Notes: generated from the sequence alone by a model not told the origin. DNA of 28,144 bases from Bdellovibrionales bacterium (GCA_050250255.1 JBFWOZ010000037.1:1-28144), one strand, 5' to 3'; shown: positions 9,751 through 18,515, counted from the stretch's first letter. Made by a program: numbers and translations.

Positions 9751-9906
9751 GTCCCCTCCCACCAAGGAAAAAGTAATTCATATCTAGTATAAGCAGAAGT
9801 TATAAAAACAAAATATTTATGTCTCCAACAAAACCAAGGTCTAGCTTTGCGCCATTGAGCACAGATGACACATTTTTTATCATACTAGAAAGTAAAGTAA
9901 TTTTAA

Positions 9907-10296
9907 TTACTTAGAGAGACTGTGATAAACGTCGATGTCCTCCTGAAAAATCGGCGTTAACTTCGCCATTTCTTCGATCGTAACCCAGCGAAGCTCCACG
10001 TTTTCATCATTATTCAGGCACGGCTCGCCCGAGATGATTTCCGAAAGCCACCAATGCAGTCTCGCGCTTCGTTCGGCAATATCGAACTCTGTGATTTTCT
10101 TCAGTGGCCTCACCACAATTCCTAACTCTTCTTGGACCTCACGAATCACCGCTGCTTCTTCTGATTCTCCTGGTTCGATTTTGCCCGAAATCGGGCACCA
10201 GTAATTGGGCCCTACCGCTTTTTTCGGTGAGCGTTTTCCGAGGAGAAATCGATCCCCTCTTTGCAAAATAACAGCGACACACTGGACCTGCTTCAT
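9907..10296 (-). CDS. NUDIX hydrolase (MutT-like)
   Basis: Nudix box GKIEPGESEEAAVIREVQEELG. Confidence 0.92.
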   Translation of the reverse strand: MKQVQCVAVILQRGDRFLLGKRSPKKAVGPNYWCPISGKIEPGESEEAAVIREVQEELGIVVRPLKKITEFDIAERSARLHWWLSEIISGEPCLNNDENVELRWVTIEEMAKLTPIFQEDIDVYHSLSK

Positions 10297-10430
10297 GCCC
10301 CAACTTAAAAGGCTTCCTTAAAGATTTCAATCTGGAAAACAGGCAATTTTTGCCTCCTTCATTGAGCTAGAATAAAGGTCAAATCCCCAACATCTCTGCA
10401 CTCGATAACTGTTTAAAATAAAATAGGAAT

Positions 10431-11171
10431 ATGCGTTTTGGTCTCGTCATTTTTCTTATTTTTTTCTGCATATCGGCTTTCGCTGCCCCACTAAGGGTCA
10501 CCATCGATGCTGGCCATGGTGGTACCGATACCGGTGCGAAGCGTGGAAATCTTCAAGAAAGTGAACTTGTTCTGCTAGTCGCTTTTGAACTGCATAGGTT
10601 GCTTGCTGCAGATTCTCGCTTCACCCCCATTATGACTCGCACGACAGATCGAATTGTAGCTCTTGAAGAAAGAACCAAGTTCGCCGAAAAAAGTAAATCC
10701 GATGTGTTCGTAAGCATTCACGCGAACAGTGCACCCGATAAAAAAATTCATGGGGCTGAAATCTATTTTCAAAACCAATTGCCACCTGATCAAGAAAGCC
10801 TCTACTTGGCCGCAAGAGAAAATGAAGGTGCCATCCAAACACGCAATAAAGAAAAAAGTGAAGTCTTAAGTATCGTGGAAGATCTCGAACGCCACCACCA
10901 AACGCTCTTCAGCTTTAATCTTGCGAAAGCTTTGGAAAAAAGTTGGCCCCGTCGTAAAAACAGTCGTGTTCACGTGAGACAAGCACCATTTCACGTTCTC
11001 ACCGAAGTAGATATGCCTTCGGTCCTCGTCGAAACCGGCTACCTCACGAATGGCGAAGAAGCTCTCTGGCTTCATCAAAAAAGTACCCAAAAACAGATTG
11101 CGAAATCTATCCACAACGGTTTAATCCAGTTTAAAACGAAGTGGGATCAAACTCCCAAGGGCATTAACTAA
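10431..11171 (+). CDS. N-acetylmuramoyl-L-alanine amidase (Amidase_3)
   Basis: Signal peptide; IDAGHGG, E, SIHAN and LVETGY zinc/catalytic motifs. Confidence 0.93.
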   Translation: MRFGLVIFLIFFCISAFAAPLRVTIDAGHGGTDTGAKRGNLQESELVLLVAFELHRLLAADSRFTPIMTRTTDRIVALEERTKFAEKSKSDVFVSIHANSAPDKKIHGAEIYFQNQLPPDQESLYLAARENEGAIQTRNKEKSEVLSIVEDLERHHQTLFSFNLAKALEKSWPRRKNSRVHVRQAPFHVLTEVDMPSVLVETGYLTNGEEALWLHQKSTQKQIAKSIHNGLIQFKTKWDQTPKGIN

Positions 11172-11174
11172 TCG

Positions 11175-11203
11175 TTTACTCTCCGCTGGCCCTGTACTAT
11201 AAA
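11175..11203 (+). promoter_or_regulatory. Putative sigma-70 promoter for a leaderless rph-rdgB transcript
   Basis: TTTACT-N17-TATAAA ending 7 nt before ATG 11211; no Shine-Dalgarno. Confidence 0.5.
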
Positions 11204-11210
11204 TTTCTCC

Positions 11211-11942
11211 ATGCGAATAGACGGAAGAAAAGACTCTCAATTACGGGATATTAAGATCACCCCAAACGTTTCTCTTTATTCAGAGGGAAGTGCACTGATC
11301 GAAGTTGGTCACACGAAAGTGCTCTGTACGGCTTCCATTGAACCTGGAGTACCTAAATGGCTTCAAGGTTCTGGTCGTGGCTGGGTGACCGCCGAGTACG
11401 GAATGGTTCCTCGTTCTACCGCCACTCGTATGAAACGCGAAAAAATTGCGTCAGGTGGACGGACTCAAGAAATTTCTCGTTTGATCGGTCGGAGTCTTCG
11501 TTCTGTTGTTGACCTTACGCGCCTCAACGAGAATCAAGTCACTGTCGACTGTGATGTCATTCAAGCGGATGGGGGCACAAGAACAGCCGCGATCACCGGC
11601 GGTTTCGTCGCGCTCGCACTCGCCTTTCAAAGACTCAAATCTATGGGAACCCTCAATCATCTTCCTCTGATTGAATACGTTGCCGCAGTCAGCGTTGGCC
11701 TTGATGATAGCAAAACTCTACTCGATCTTTGCTACGAAGAAGATTCATCAGCACGCACGGACATGAACTTCGTCATGAATAGCCAAAACAACTTCATCGA
11801 AATTCAAGGAACGGCAGAGCACGGATCTTTTAGCGAGACCGAACTCACCAGCATGATCGTAGCCGCAAAAAAAGGCTGTCACGAATTATTTGAACTTCAA
11901 GCCCAAATCATTGGCGATTTTTTTCCTCTGAAAGATCGCTAA
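11211..11942 (+). CDS. rph: Ribonuclease PH
   Basis: MRIDGR, GWVTAEYGM, EISRLIGRSLR, DCDVIQADGGTRTA. Confidence 0.97.
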   Translation: MRIDGRKDSQLRDIKITPNVSLYSEGSALIEVGHTKVLCTASIEPGVPKWLQGSGRGWVTAEYGMVPRSTATRMKREKIASGGRTQEISRLIGRSLRSVVDLTRLNENQVTVDCDVIQADGGTRTAAITGGFVALALAFQRLKSMGTLNHLPLIEYVAAVSVGLDDSKTLLDLCYEEDSSARTDMNFVMNSQNNFIEIQGTAEHGSFSETELTSMIVAAKKGCHELFELQAQIIGDFFPLKDR

Positions 11943-11945
11943 CCC

Positions 11946-12554
11946 TTGGATAAATTCGTGGAACTTTGGATTGCAACTGGTAATGAACACAAGATGACAG
12001 AGTTCAAAACTCTCCTTCGTCATTACAATTTAAAACTTCGCGCACAAAATGAGCTCCCCACTTTTTTCCAACCTCCTGAAACAGGTAAAACTTTTCTCGA
12101 GAATGCACAAATTAAAGCCCGCGCACTGAAAGCCGTTTTAGGCGAAGCTTGGGTATTGGCCGAAGATTCGGGACTTGTCTGCGAAGGCCTCAATGGCCAA
12201 CCAGGAGTTTTTTCCGCAAGATATGCTGGCGAAAAAGCTTCAGATATGGAAAATTACTCCAAGGTTTTACAAATGATGCGCATTAGGTCTCCAACGAACC
12301 GAGCCGCACATTTTAACTGCACAACCGTCATCATTTCTCCACAAGGAGAGCAATTCCATTTTGAGGGAATTTTAAAAGGACAAATCGCCCAAGGCTCTAA
12401 AGGAACTGGTGGATTTGGTTACGATCCAATTTTCACCCCCGAAGGCGAAACCAAAACTCTCGCCGAACTCGGCCCCGCCGTAAAACACCAAGTCTCTCAC
12501 CGTTCGAAAGCCCTACAAGCCGCCGCCGAACTCTTCAAAAAAATCGGTTCTTAA
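11946..12554 (+). CDS. rdgB: Non-canonical purine NTP pyrophosphatase (RdgB/HAM1)
   Basis: ATGNEHK, EDSGL, PGVFSARYAG, GFGYDPIF, SHR; typical position after rph. Start TTG 11946 or GTG 11958. Confidence 0.95.
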   Translation: MDKFVELWIATGNEHKMTEFKTLLRHYNLKLRAQNELPTFFQPPETGKTFLENAQIKARALKAVLGEAWVLAEDSGLVCEGLNGQPGVFSARYAGEKASDMENYSKVLQMMRIRSPTNRAAHFNCTTVIISPQGEQFHFEGILKGQIAQGSKGTGGFGYDPIFTPEGETKTLAELGPAVKHQVSHRSKALQAAAELFKKIGS

Positions 12555-14257
12555 GTTTCCGTGTAAGCAGGTCCGCCGCCACCCTCTGGAACCGTCCAAA
12601 GAATATTGTCGGTAGGACATTTAATATCACACGTTTTGCAGTGGATGCAGTTTGTGTAATTGATGTGAAGCTTTTGTTTTCCATTTTCTCCGGGCACCAT
12701 TTCGTAAACATTCGCCGGGCAAAAATGATTGCACGGAGATTTGTATTTTGGTGCGCAATGATCCGAACAAACGTTCGGATTTTGCAAAATAAGATGGTTC
12801 GGAGAATCTTCATCGTGCTTTGTCCCGGTCAGGTAAACGCTCGAAAGTTTATCAAAGAAAAGTTGGTTGTCAGGCTTTGGAAGCTGATTCTCAGGATGAT
12901 TTAAACCTTGTGGGCCCCAAACTTCTTCAACAGTCTTGGTTGTTTTAGAATCCTTATGAGACTTCATATTATCCCAAAGACCGCGCCCACCCGTCATCTC
13001 TTGAAGAGCAATGAACGGCATAGACTTAAACACTCCCATGCTGAGAGTTTGGTGGAAGTTTCTCACGCGGTAGAGTTGTTTTTTGATGTAGCTTCCATGT
13101 AAAGCCGTTTCGTAACTTTTCAAAGTTGCTGCAGAGTAATTGTCTGTCAGCATCGCTTGAAAAGCAGTTTCCGCCGCAAGCATTCCACTCTTCATCGCCA
13201 AGTGAATACCTTTTAATTTTTGAACGTCCACGAGACTCGCAGAATCGCCGATCACCATCATGCCATCATGATAAAGCTTCGGCATGGAATACCAACCACC
13301 TGCTGGAAGAGTTTTTCCTCCGTAATGGATGACTTTTCCGCCCTTAATCATGTCGGCAATAAACGGATGTGTTTTTAATTTTTGAAGTTCTCGATGAGGA
13401 TCAAATAAAGGATCATGTGTGTCGAGATAACCCACGAGACCTAAAATGATTTTGTCTCCGGGAATTGTGTAAATAAAAGTTCCACCGATGCTTTTATAAA
13501 GTGGGAAGCCTAAAGTATGAATCACTTGTCCTGGAGTCACCGTCCCGGCAGGCATTTGAATGATTTCTTTCACACCTTCTTCAAAAACTTCTGGGTTCTT
13601 ACCAGCAAACAGATCTAATTTCTGAGCTACTTGACGAAAGAGAGAACCTCTCGTGCCTTCCGCAAAAATTGTGACTTTTGCTTTGATGTTCATTCCTGCT
13701 TCAAAGTTCGCTTTAGGTTTTCCGTCTTTGTCGCGACCTTTATCGCCCGTTTGCACTCCAATGACTTTATCACCGTCGTAAAGAGCTTTCGTCACTGCAA
13801 AACCTGGGAGCACATTGATGCCGAGAGCTTCGGCCTGAGTCCCAAGCCAACGATTAAATTTAGAAAGAGAAATAATGTAATTACCTTTGTTATGAAAAGG
13901 CGGAGGCGTGATCGGAGCTTTCATCTTAAAGTTACGGCCTAAATAATAAACCGCATCTTTTTGAACTTCCGCATCGAGAGGACAACCCTGTTCTTTGTAG
14001 TCGGGAATTAATTCTTTCAGAGCTACAGGATTCAGTACGGCACCAGAAAAACTATGCGCACCAACTTGCTGAGCCTTTTCAAGCACAACGATCATCTTTT
14101 CAGGGATTTCTTGGCCAGAGCCTTGAGCTTTAACCTTCTCGTTATGTTCTTTAATCAGTTGCTGAATACGAATCGCTGCAGACATACCAGCAGCTCCGCC
14201 ACCAACGATCGCAACATCTACTTCCATTTCTTCTCTAGTTACATTCTCTTCGCTCAT
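12551..14257 (-). CDS. Electron transfer flavoprotein:quinone oxidoreductase
   Basis: VAIVGGGAAG FAD motif, GAHSFSGA, KGIHLAMKSG, C-terminal FCPANVYE...NCIHCKTCDIKCP...PEGGGGP; start at MSEENV. Confidence 0.93.
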   Translation of the reverse strand: MSEENVTREEMEVDVAIVGGGAAGMSAAIRIQQLIKEHNEKVKAQGSGQEIPEKMIVVLEKAQQVGAHSFSGAVLNPVALKELIPDYKEQGCPLDAEVQKDAVYYLGRNFKMKAPITPPPFHNKGNYIISLSKFNRWLGTQAEALGINVLPGFAVTKALYDGDKVIGVQTGDKGRDKDGKPKANFEAGMNIKAKVTIFAEGTRGSLFRQVAQKLDLFAGKNPEVFEEGVKEIIQMPAGTVTPGQVIHTLGFPLYKSIGGTFIYTIPGDKIILGLVGYLDTHDPLFDPHRELQKLKTHPFIADMIKGGKVIHYGGKTLPAGGWYSMPKLYHDGMMVIGDSASLVDVQKLKGIHLAMKSGMLAAETAFQAMLTDNYSAATLKSYETALHGSYIKKQLYRVRNFHQTLSMGVFKSMPFIALQEMTGGRGLWDNMKSHKDSKTTKTVEEVWGPQGLNHPENQLPKPDNQLFFDKLSSVYLTGTKHDEDSPNHLILQNPNVCSDHCAPKYKSPCNHFCPANVYEMVPGENGKQKLHINYTNCIHCKTCDIKCPTDNILWTVPEGGGGPAYTET

Positions 14258-14258
14258 A

Positions 14259-14549
14259 TTAAAACCCACTGCTCGTTTCGTCGTTATTTTCAGTCGGAGC
14301 GGATTCTTCACCGCCCGCCGCTTTCTCTGGAGTATTTAAAATTTTTCTTTGCAAAGTATATTCAGAACCATCAGTTCGAGGCTCGGTCAAATTTTGTTGA
14401 ACAACGAGAGGTTGCTCGTCGCCACCACCATCATAAGCCTTCGCACGCGCTTTTTCCGACATTTGTTTTTTAAGCTGCAAATCTTCGGCAGGCGAAGCTG
14501 CAAATCCCAATACCGGCAGAAATACCATCCACATAATAAAAACTTTCAT
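14259..14549 (-). CDS. Small secreted hypothetical protein (96 aa)
   Basis: AAGGAG-N5-ATG; signal peptide MKVFIMWMVFLPVLGFA; stop lies 1 nt before the ETF:QO start. Confidence 0.75.
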   Translation of the reverse strand: MKVFIMWMVFLPVLGFAASPAEDLQLKKQMSEKARAKAYDGGGDEQPLVVQQNLTEPRTDGSEYTLQRKILNTPEKAAGGEESAPTENNDETSSGF

Positions 14550-14555
14550 CACTTC

Positions 14556-14651
14556 TCCTTTAGAAGGTCTCCGGGCCTTTTTTCTGGCTACGTCGCGTCC
14601 ACTTCGTGAAGCAATGTAGCCAGAAAAAAGGCCCGGAGACCTTCTAAAGGA
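14556..14651. repeat. Perfect 36-bp inverted repeat with 24-nt spacer (long hairpin, REPIN/MITE-like)
   Basis: 14556-14591 TCCTTTAGAAGGTCTCCGGGCCTTTTTTCTGGCTAC is the exact reverse complement of 14616-14651. Confidence 0.95.
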
Positions 14652-14659
14652 TAGCATTC

Positions 14660-15487
14660 TCATTCGAAGGTCGAAAGCTTCTTTCTATGATTTTTCATAG
14701 GGATTTGGATGCGGACTTGAGTCAGTTTTTCTTGTTCTAACGTGGAGGTAATTACGGGCATAGAAGGCGTTGCCTCCCCTTCGATGACGCCCCAAGGATC
14801 TACAATCAGTGAATGGCCATAAGTCTCGCGTTTCGCATTATGCTGGCCTTGCTGCGCAGCCGCCAAAACATAACATTGGTTTTCAATGGCTCGTGCACGG
14901 AGCAAAACTTCCCAATGTGCTTTTCCCGTCGGCACCGTAAAGGCCGACGGCACCGCGATGACGTCCACTTCTCGTCGTCCATAGTAATGGAAGAGTTCGG
15001 AGAAACGCAGATCGTAACAGATCGTTAACCCAATTTTCCAACCTTTGACTTCAATAATCGAAGGCTCTTCTCCATGCTTAAAAATATCGGACTCGCGATA
15101 AGAACGATGCCCTTGAATATCAACATCGAATAAGTGCATTTTATTATAAACAGATTTTATTGATCCATCGGCTTCAATCAAAACGGTCGCATTATATTGA
15201 AATCCATTTCCTTTCAGCGGTACGGAACCTAAATGAAGAACACAGCCATGGTCCTTCGCCCATTTTTTTAGAGAATCAAAAACAGCATCCTCGATTCCCA
15301 CAAACTGGCACTTCTCTCCTTCGGAAAGCCTTAGGTAGAGCGAGTTTTCCGGGAAGCTGACAAAGTCAGGCTGAAAAGAAGAAGGAATACGCGAGAGACG
15401 CTCAAGAGCCATAGCCACATTCGTGGACCAGTTGTCCGTTGAGGTCATTTCACAAACTGCAGTTTTTAATTGAGGTGCTTTTGCCAT
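14660..15487 (-). CDS. Carbon-nitrogen hydrolase (Nit1/YbeM-like)
   Basis: FPEN, YNKMHLFDV and ICYDLRF (E-K-C triad), GKAHWEVLLRARAIENQCYV; start at MAKAP. Confidence 0.93.
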   Translation of the reverse strand: MAKAPQLKTAVCEMTSTDNWSTNVAMALERLSRIPSSFQPDFVSFPENSLYLRLSEGEKCQFVGIEDAVFDSLKKWAKDHGCVLHLGSVPLKGNGFQYNATVLIEADGSIKSVYNKMHLFDVDIQGHRSYRESDIFKHGEEPSIIEVKGWKIGLTICYDLRFSELFHYYGRREVDVIAVPSAFTVPTGKAHWEVLLRARAIENQCYVLAAAQQGQHNAKRETYGHSLIVDPWGVIEGEATPSMPVITSTLEQEKLTQVRIQIPMKNHRKKLSTFE

Positions 15488-15542
15488 AAGCGTAATTTCA
15501 GCCCTGACCCTATTTTGGTCAAGGCATCCGGCATTAGGGAAA

Positions 15543-15812
15543 TTAAGCGGACTTAGATTTTGCTTTCTTAGCTTTTTCAGCTTTTTCAGCTTTTTTTGGA
15601 GCTGCTTGTTCAACAAGCTTCACATTGCTGTAAGAGATGAAACCTTCTTTTTTAAGAAGCCCGTCTTTGCGGTCATAGTGAGTCATCACTTTTACGCCCT
15701 GAACTTTGATTCTCATTCCTTTAGTATCAATAGCAACAACAGTCCCTTTTTTGCCTTTTTCAGCACCAGAGATTACTTCAACAGTCGCATTCTTTTTGAT
15801 CTTGAGTTTCAT
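15543..15812 (-). CDS. rplX: 50S ribosomal protein L24 (short, Lys/Ala-rich tail)
   Basis: KOW motif IKKNATVEVISGAEKGKKGTV, VQGV, E..ISYSNV; ATG 15812 (alternative GTG 15821). Confidence 0.85.
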   Translation of the reverse strand: MKLKIKKNATVEVISGAEKGKKGTVVAIDTKGMRIKVQGVKVMTHYDRKDGLLKKEGFISYSNVKLVEQAAPKKAEKAEKAKKAKSKSA

Positions 15813-15830
15813 CTTTTTCACCTTTTCGTC

Positions 15831-16202
15831 TTATGCTTTTGCAGGCTTTTTGGCTGCAGAAGCTTTCACAGCTTTTTTAGCTACAGGAGCTTCTGGCGCT
15901 TTTTCTGCGGCAGGCTTCTTAGTGTTATTCATTTTACGCTTAATGAGTCCTTTAACGGCGAGAGCTCTTTTTGAAAGATTCTTATCTGGCGCATTAAGGA
16001 TAAATACATCAAGGCCGCCCATTGCCTGAAGGCTCTTGATCGTGCTTGTAGCCATTTTCAAGGACACTTGCTTATTCAAAGTACGGCTAAATATCTTTTT
16101 TGACTGAACATTCGGAAAATTACGCGACTTTGTTTTGATATTTGAATGGCTCACCAAATTTTTAACGGCTGGGCCCTTGCCTGTAAGTTCACAACGTGCC
16201 AT
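15831..16202 (-). CDS. rpmB: 50S ribosomal protein L28 with C-terminal extension
   Basis: MARCELTGKGP...VSHSNIKTKSR.FPNVQ...GGLD; GGAG SD. Confidence 0.95.
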   Translation of the reverse strand: MARCELTGKGPAVKNLVSHSNIKTKSRNFPNVQSKKIFSRTLNKQVSLKMATSTIKSLQAMGGLDVFILNAPDKNLSKRALAVKGLIKRKMNNTKKPAAEKAPEAPVAKKAVKASAAKKPAKA

Positions 16203-16313
16203 GAATGACTCCACTTATAAGTGATTAAGGAAAGATCACGTATAGATGAAAAAGCCACTTGTTGGCAACCCAAAAATCATATATAAGATCCGCTTAAGTT
16301 ATTGGAGGCCTTG

Positions 16314-16589
16314 ATGTTTAAGAAAAGCGTTGCCCGAAGCAAATATCGTCCAGAATACCCACTTGATTACATCTTTGATTACAAGGATGCGCAAACACTT
16401 GGCAGATTCATCTCTGAGGGCGGTAAAATCGTTCCTTCTCGCATTAGCAAGCTAAGCGCTCAACAACAGCGAGCAGCTACAAAAGCGGTTAAAAAATCCC
16501 GCCATATTGCTTTATTGCCAATTGGAACAAATGCTTACGACGTGTATCCACGTCCAGAAGCTATTTCTCCAGCTCCTTTCGAATACTAA
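16314..16589 (+). CDS. rpsR: 30S ribosomal protein S18
   Basis: [22 protein letters not shown]...QQR...[19 protein letters not shown]. Confidence 0.95.
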   Translation: MFKKSVARSKYRPEYPLDYIFDYKDAQTLGRFISEGGKIVPSRISKLSAQQQRAATKAVKKSRHIALLPIGTNAYDVYPRPEAISPAPFEY

Positions 16590-16618
16590 CGCCCAACGTT
16601 AGCTTTTTGTAGGTAAGA

Positions 16619-16650
16619 GAAAGCCCCGCCGCTCAGGTTGGGCTTTTTTT
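16619..16650 (+). terminator. Intrinsic terminator of rpsR
   Basis: AAAGCCC...GGGCTTTTTTT hairpin plus U-tract. Confidence 0.7.
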
Positions 16651-16663
16651 ATATTCAAGTATC

Positions 16664-16715
16664 ATGAGCTTTTCTGAGGTTTTTTTGGAAAACCTTAAGA
16701 AAGCTCATTTTTTTT
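16664..16715. repeat. Imperfect 20-bp inverted repeat (second hairpin between converging genes)
   Basis: ATGAGCTTTTCTGAGGTTTT / AAAACCTTAAGAAAGCTCAT, 3 mismatches, followed by a T-run. Confidence 0.6.
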
Positions 16716-16725
16716 GGAAAATTTT

Positions 16726-17133
16726 TTAGTGTATACGACGGCTTTTTCGATAGTTCCAGGTCGCAAGAGCTAAATCAAAGAGAGTTGCGAAAATCAGGAT
16801 GAGATAAATCCTCTCCGAAATTTGATGAAACTCTGGCCCCATCATTCCCCAAATTTGAATTTGCTCAAAATCAGAATCCCAGTTTTTGAGCCGTGTGAGT
16901 AGCATCGGAATCACACTGTAAAACATGTAAACGAAGAGCCACCAGAAGGTCGCCGTTTTTAAAAAGACTCTCGTCTTCACAAGCTTCAATCCGATAAAAA
17001 TTCCGAGAAAACTAAAAAGGCTTCCTGCAAGAAGTCCCGCGATCTGGCGATCAAAACTTTTAAAAAGTGCAATGACCATAAAAATCACGACGACTTCTGC
17101 TCCTAAAATAACAAACCAATTTCTTAACTTCAT
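16726..17133 (-). CDS. Membrane hypothetical protein (about 4 TM)
   Basis: Hydrophobic segments; start overlaps the pmbA stop (ATGA). Confidence 0.8.
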   Translation of the reverse strand: MKLRNWFVILGAEVVVIFMVIALFKSFDRQIAGLLAGSLFSFLGIFIGLKLVKTRVFLKTATFWWLFVYMFYSVIPMLLTRLKNWDSDFEQIQIWGMMGPEFHQISERIYLILIFATLFDLALATWNYRKSRRIH

Positions 17134-18515
17134 GCCGTCACGCTGACTCCATCAACAATAATATAAGGGGCCATCCCACCGCCGCCTAACAAGTGAGCCT
17201 CTTTGCCTATCTCGAGAACTTGCTTTACCAGATCAAAAAGATTTCCTGCAATCATAACTTCAGTCACCGGGAATGCTCGCTGTCCGTTTTCAACCCACCA
17301 GGAATTTTTGGCCACTCCCGAGAACTGTCCAGATGTAAAATCTGAGTTGCCTGAGAATCTCTTAATCACAAGTCCCTGATTGAAACTTTTCAGCAGTTCT
17401 TGATCGGTCTTTGCCTGAGCAACGTCTGAAGCCGCAACACTCAAATTGTGAAAACCAATTCCCGGAAGAGAACGTGATCCCCCCGTCGCATTCCCGGTTG
17501 GCTTCACACCTTCACGGCTCGCGCTAAAGCAATTGTGAGCGACAAAGCTGAGGTGACCATTTTGGATAAGAGTATGCTTCCCAGTCGTCACACCTTCGCG
17601 ATCGAAGGGGCTCCATCCTTGCGGTTGCTCAAGATTTAATGGATCTTCAAAAACCAAAAGTTTTTCGGAAGCGACTTGGGCTCCGCGCTTTTCTTTCCAA
17701 GAACTCATCCCATCTTGTTGGCGAAGACCATTGCAATTGGAGGCGATGAGACCGCCCATCAAATCCATCACGGCTTCGGGATGAAGCATGACGGGGCCCT
17801 TATAGGTTTTTCCTTTTTGGGCGCCGAGAGAACCAAGCAGGGATTCCTTTACATCCAAGACCATGCGACCCATTTTGTTTTTTAAATCCACCAGTTGTCG
17901 AACCATGCTTCCGTCGTAATCAATACTCGTGAGCTCTTCTCCCGATTTCGCCATACCCATGATGTACCAATTGATATGAGTTGCCGATGCAGTTTGGTCA
18001 AAGCCTTTGCTGCTCGAGAAGGTCCAATGGTCGACAGAACAAGTGATTTCCGCGCGATCAATTAAAATACGTGAATCTGAAAGAAGAGGCGCGACCATCT
18101 GCTCTGCAAATTCTCCGAGCTGTGCAGGAGAAACTTCTAAGAGATTCGGGTCTATCGCCTGGTGGTACTTTGTTTCAGAAATACGATCGGCTAACTTATG
18201 ATGAGGATTTGGAGCGCTCAAACGCGCGACCATTTGGGATTCTCGAGCGGCTTCCCGTAAGGCCGCTTCGGATTCTGAGTTCGTGGTGACAAACCCTAAA
18301 CGATCTTGAACGATAGACCGCACACCGTACATTTGGGTGGAGTGACTCGTACTCAAAGAAAAATCTTTGTGTTCAAAAACCACGCGAGTCTCGGTGCTCG
18401 CGGAGGAAAACACATCCGCATCACCGCTGCCATCTTTTTGGGCACCTTTCTTAATTTCGTCTAAGATCAGATGATTATTTTCTACAAGCTTTGAGATCAT
18501 TTCGGGGTTTTTCAC
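17130..18515 (-). CDS. pmbA: TldE/PmbA family peptidase subunit
   Basis: PFDREGV, TGNA, SGQFSG, PVTEVMIAGN; no HExxH; coupled to tldD. Confidence 0.9.
   Translation of the reverse strand: MKNPEMISKLVENNHLILDEIKKGAQKDGSGDADVFSSASTETRVVFEHKDFSLSTSHSTQMYGVRSIVQDRLGFVTTNSESEAALREAARESQMVARLSAPNPHHKLADRISETKYHQAIDPNLLEVSPAQLGEFAEQMVAPLLSDSRILIDRAEITCSVDHWTFSSSKGFDQTASATHINWYIMGMAKSGEELTSIDYDGSMVRQLVDLKNKMGRMVLDVKESLLGSLGAQKGKTYKGPVMLHPEAVMDLMGGLIASNCNGLRQQDGMSSWKEKRGAQVASEKLLVFEDPLNLEQPQGWSPFDREGVTTGKHTLIQNGHLSFVAHNCFSASREGVKPTGNATGGSRSLPGIGFHNLSVAASDVAQAKTDQELLKSFNQGLVIKRFSGNSDFTSGQFSGVAKNSWWVENGQRAFPVTEVMIAGNLFDLVKQVLEIGKEAHLLGGGGMAPYIIVDGVSVTA

Noticed and set aside
14349..14663. ORFs on both strands sharing the peptide SFRRSPGLFSGY, and the N-terminal extension of the 134-aa ORF
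   Set aside because: Artefact of the 36-bp palindrome; the real start is most likely ATG 14549
15488..15616. N-terminal extension of the nitrilase ORF
   Set aside because: Overlaps rplX in another frame; family similarity starts at MAKAP
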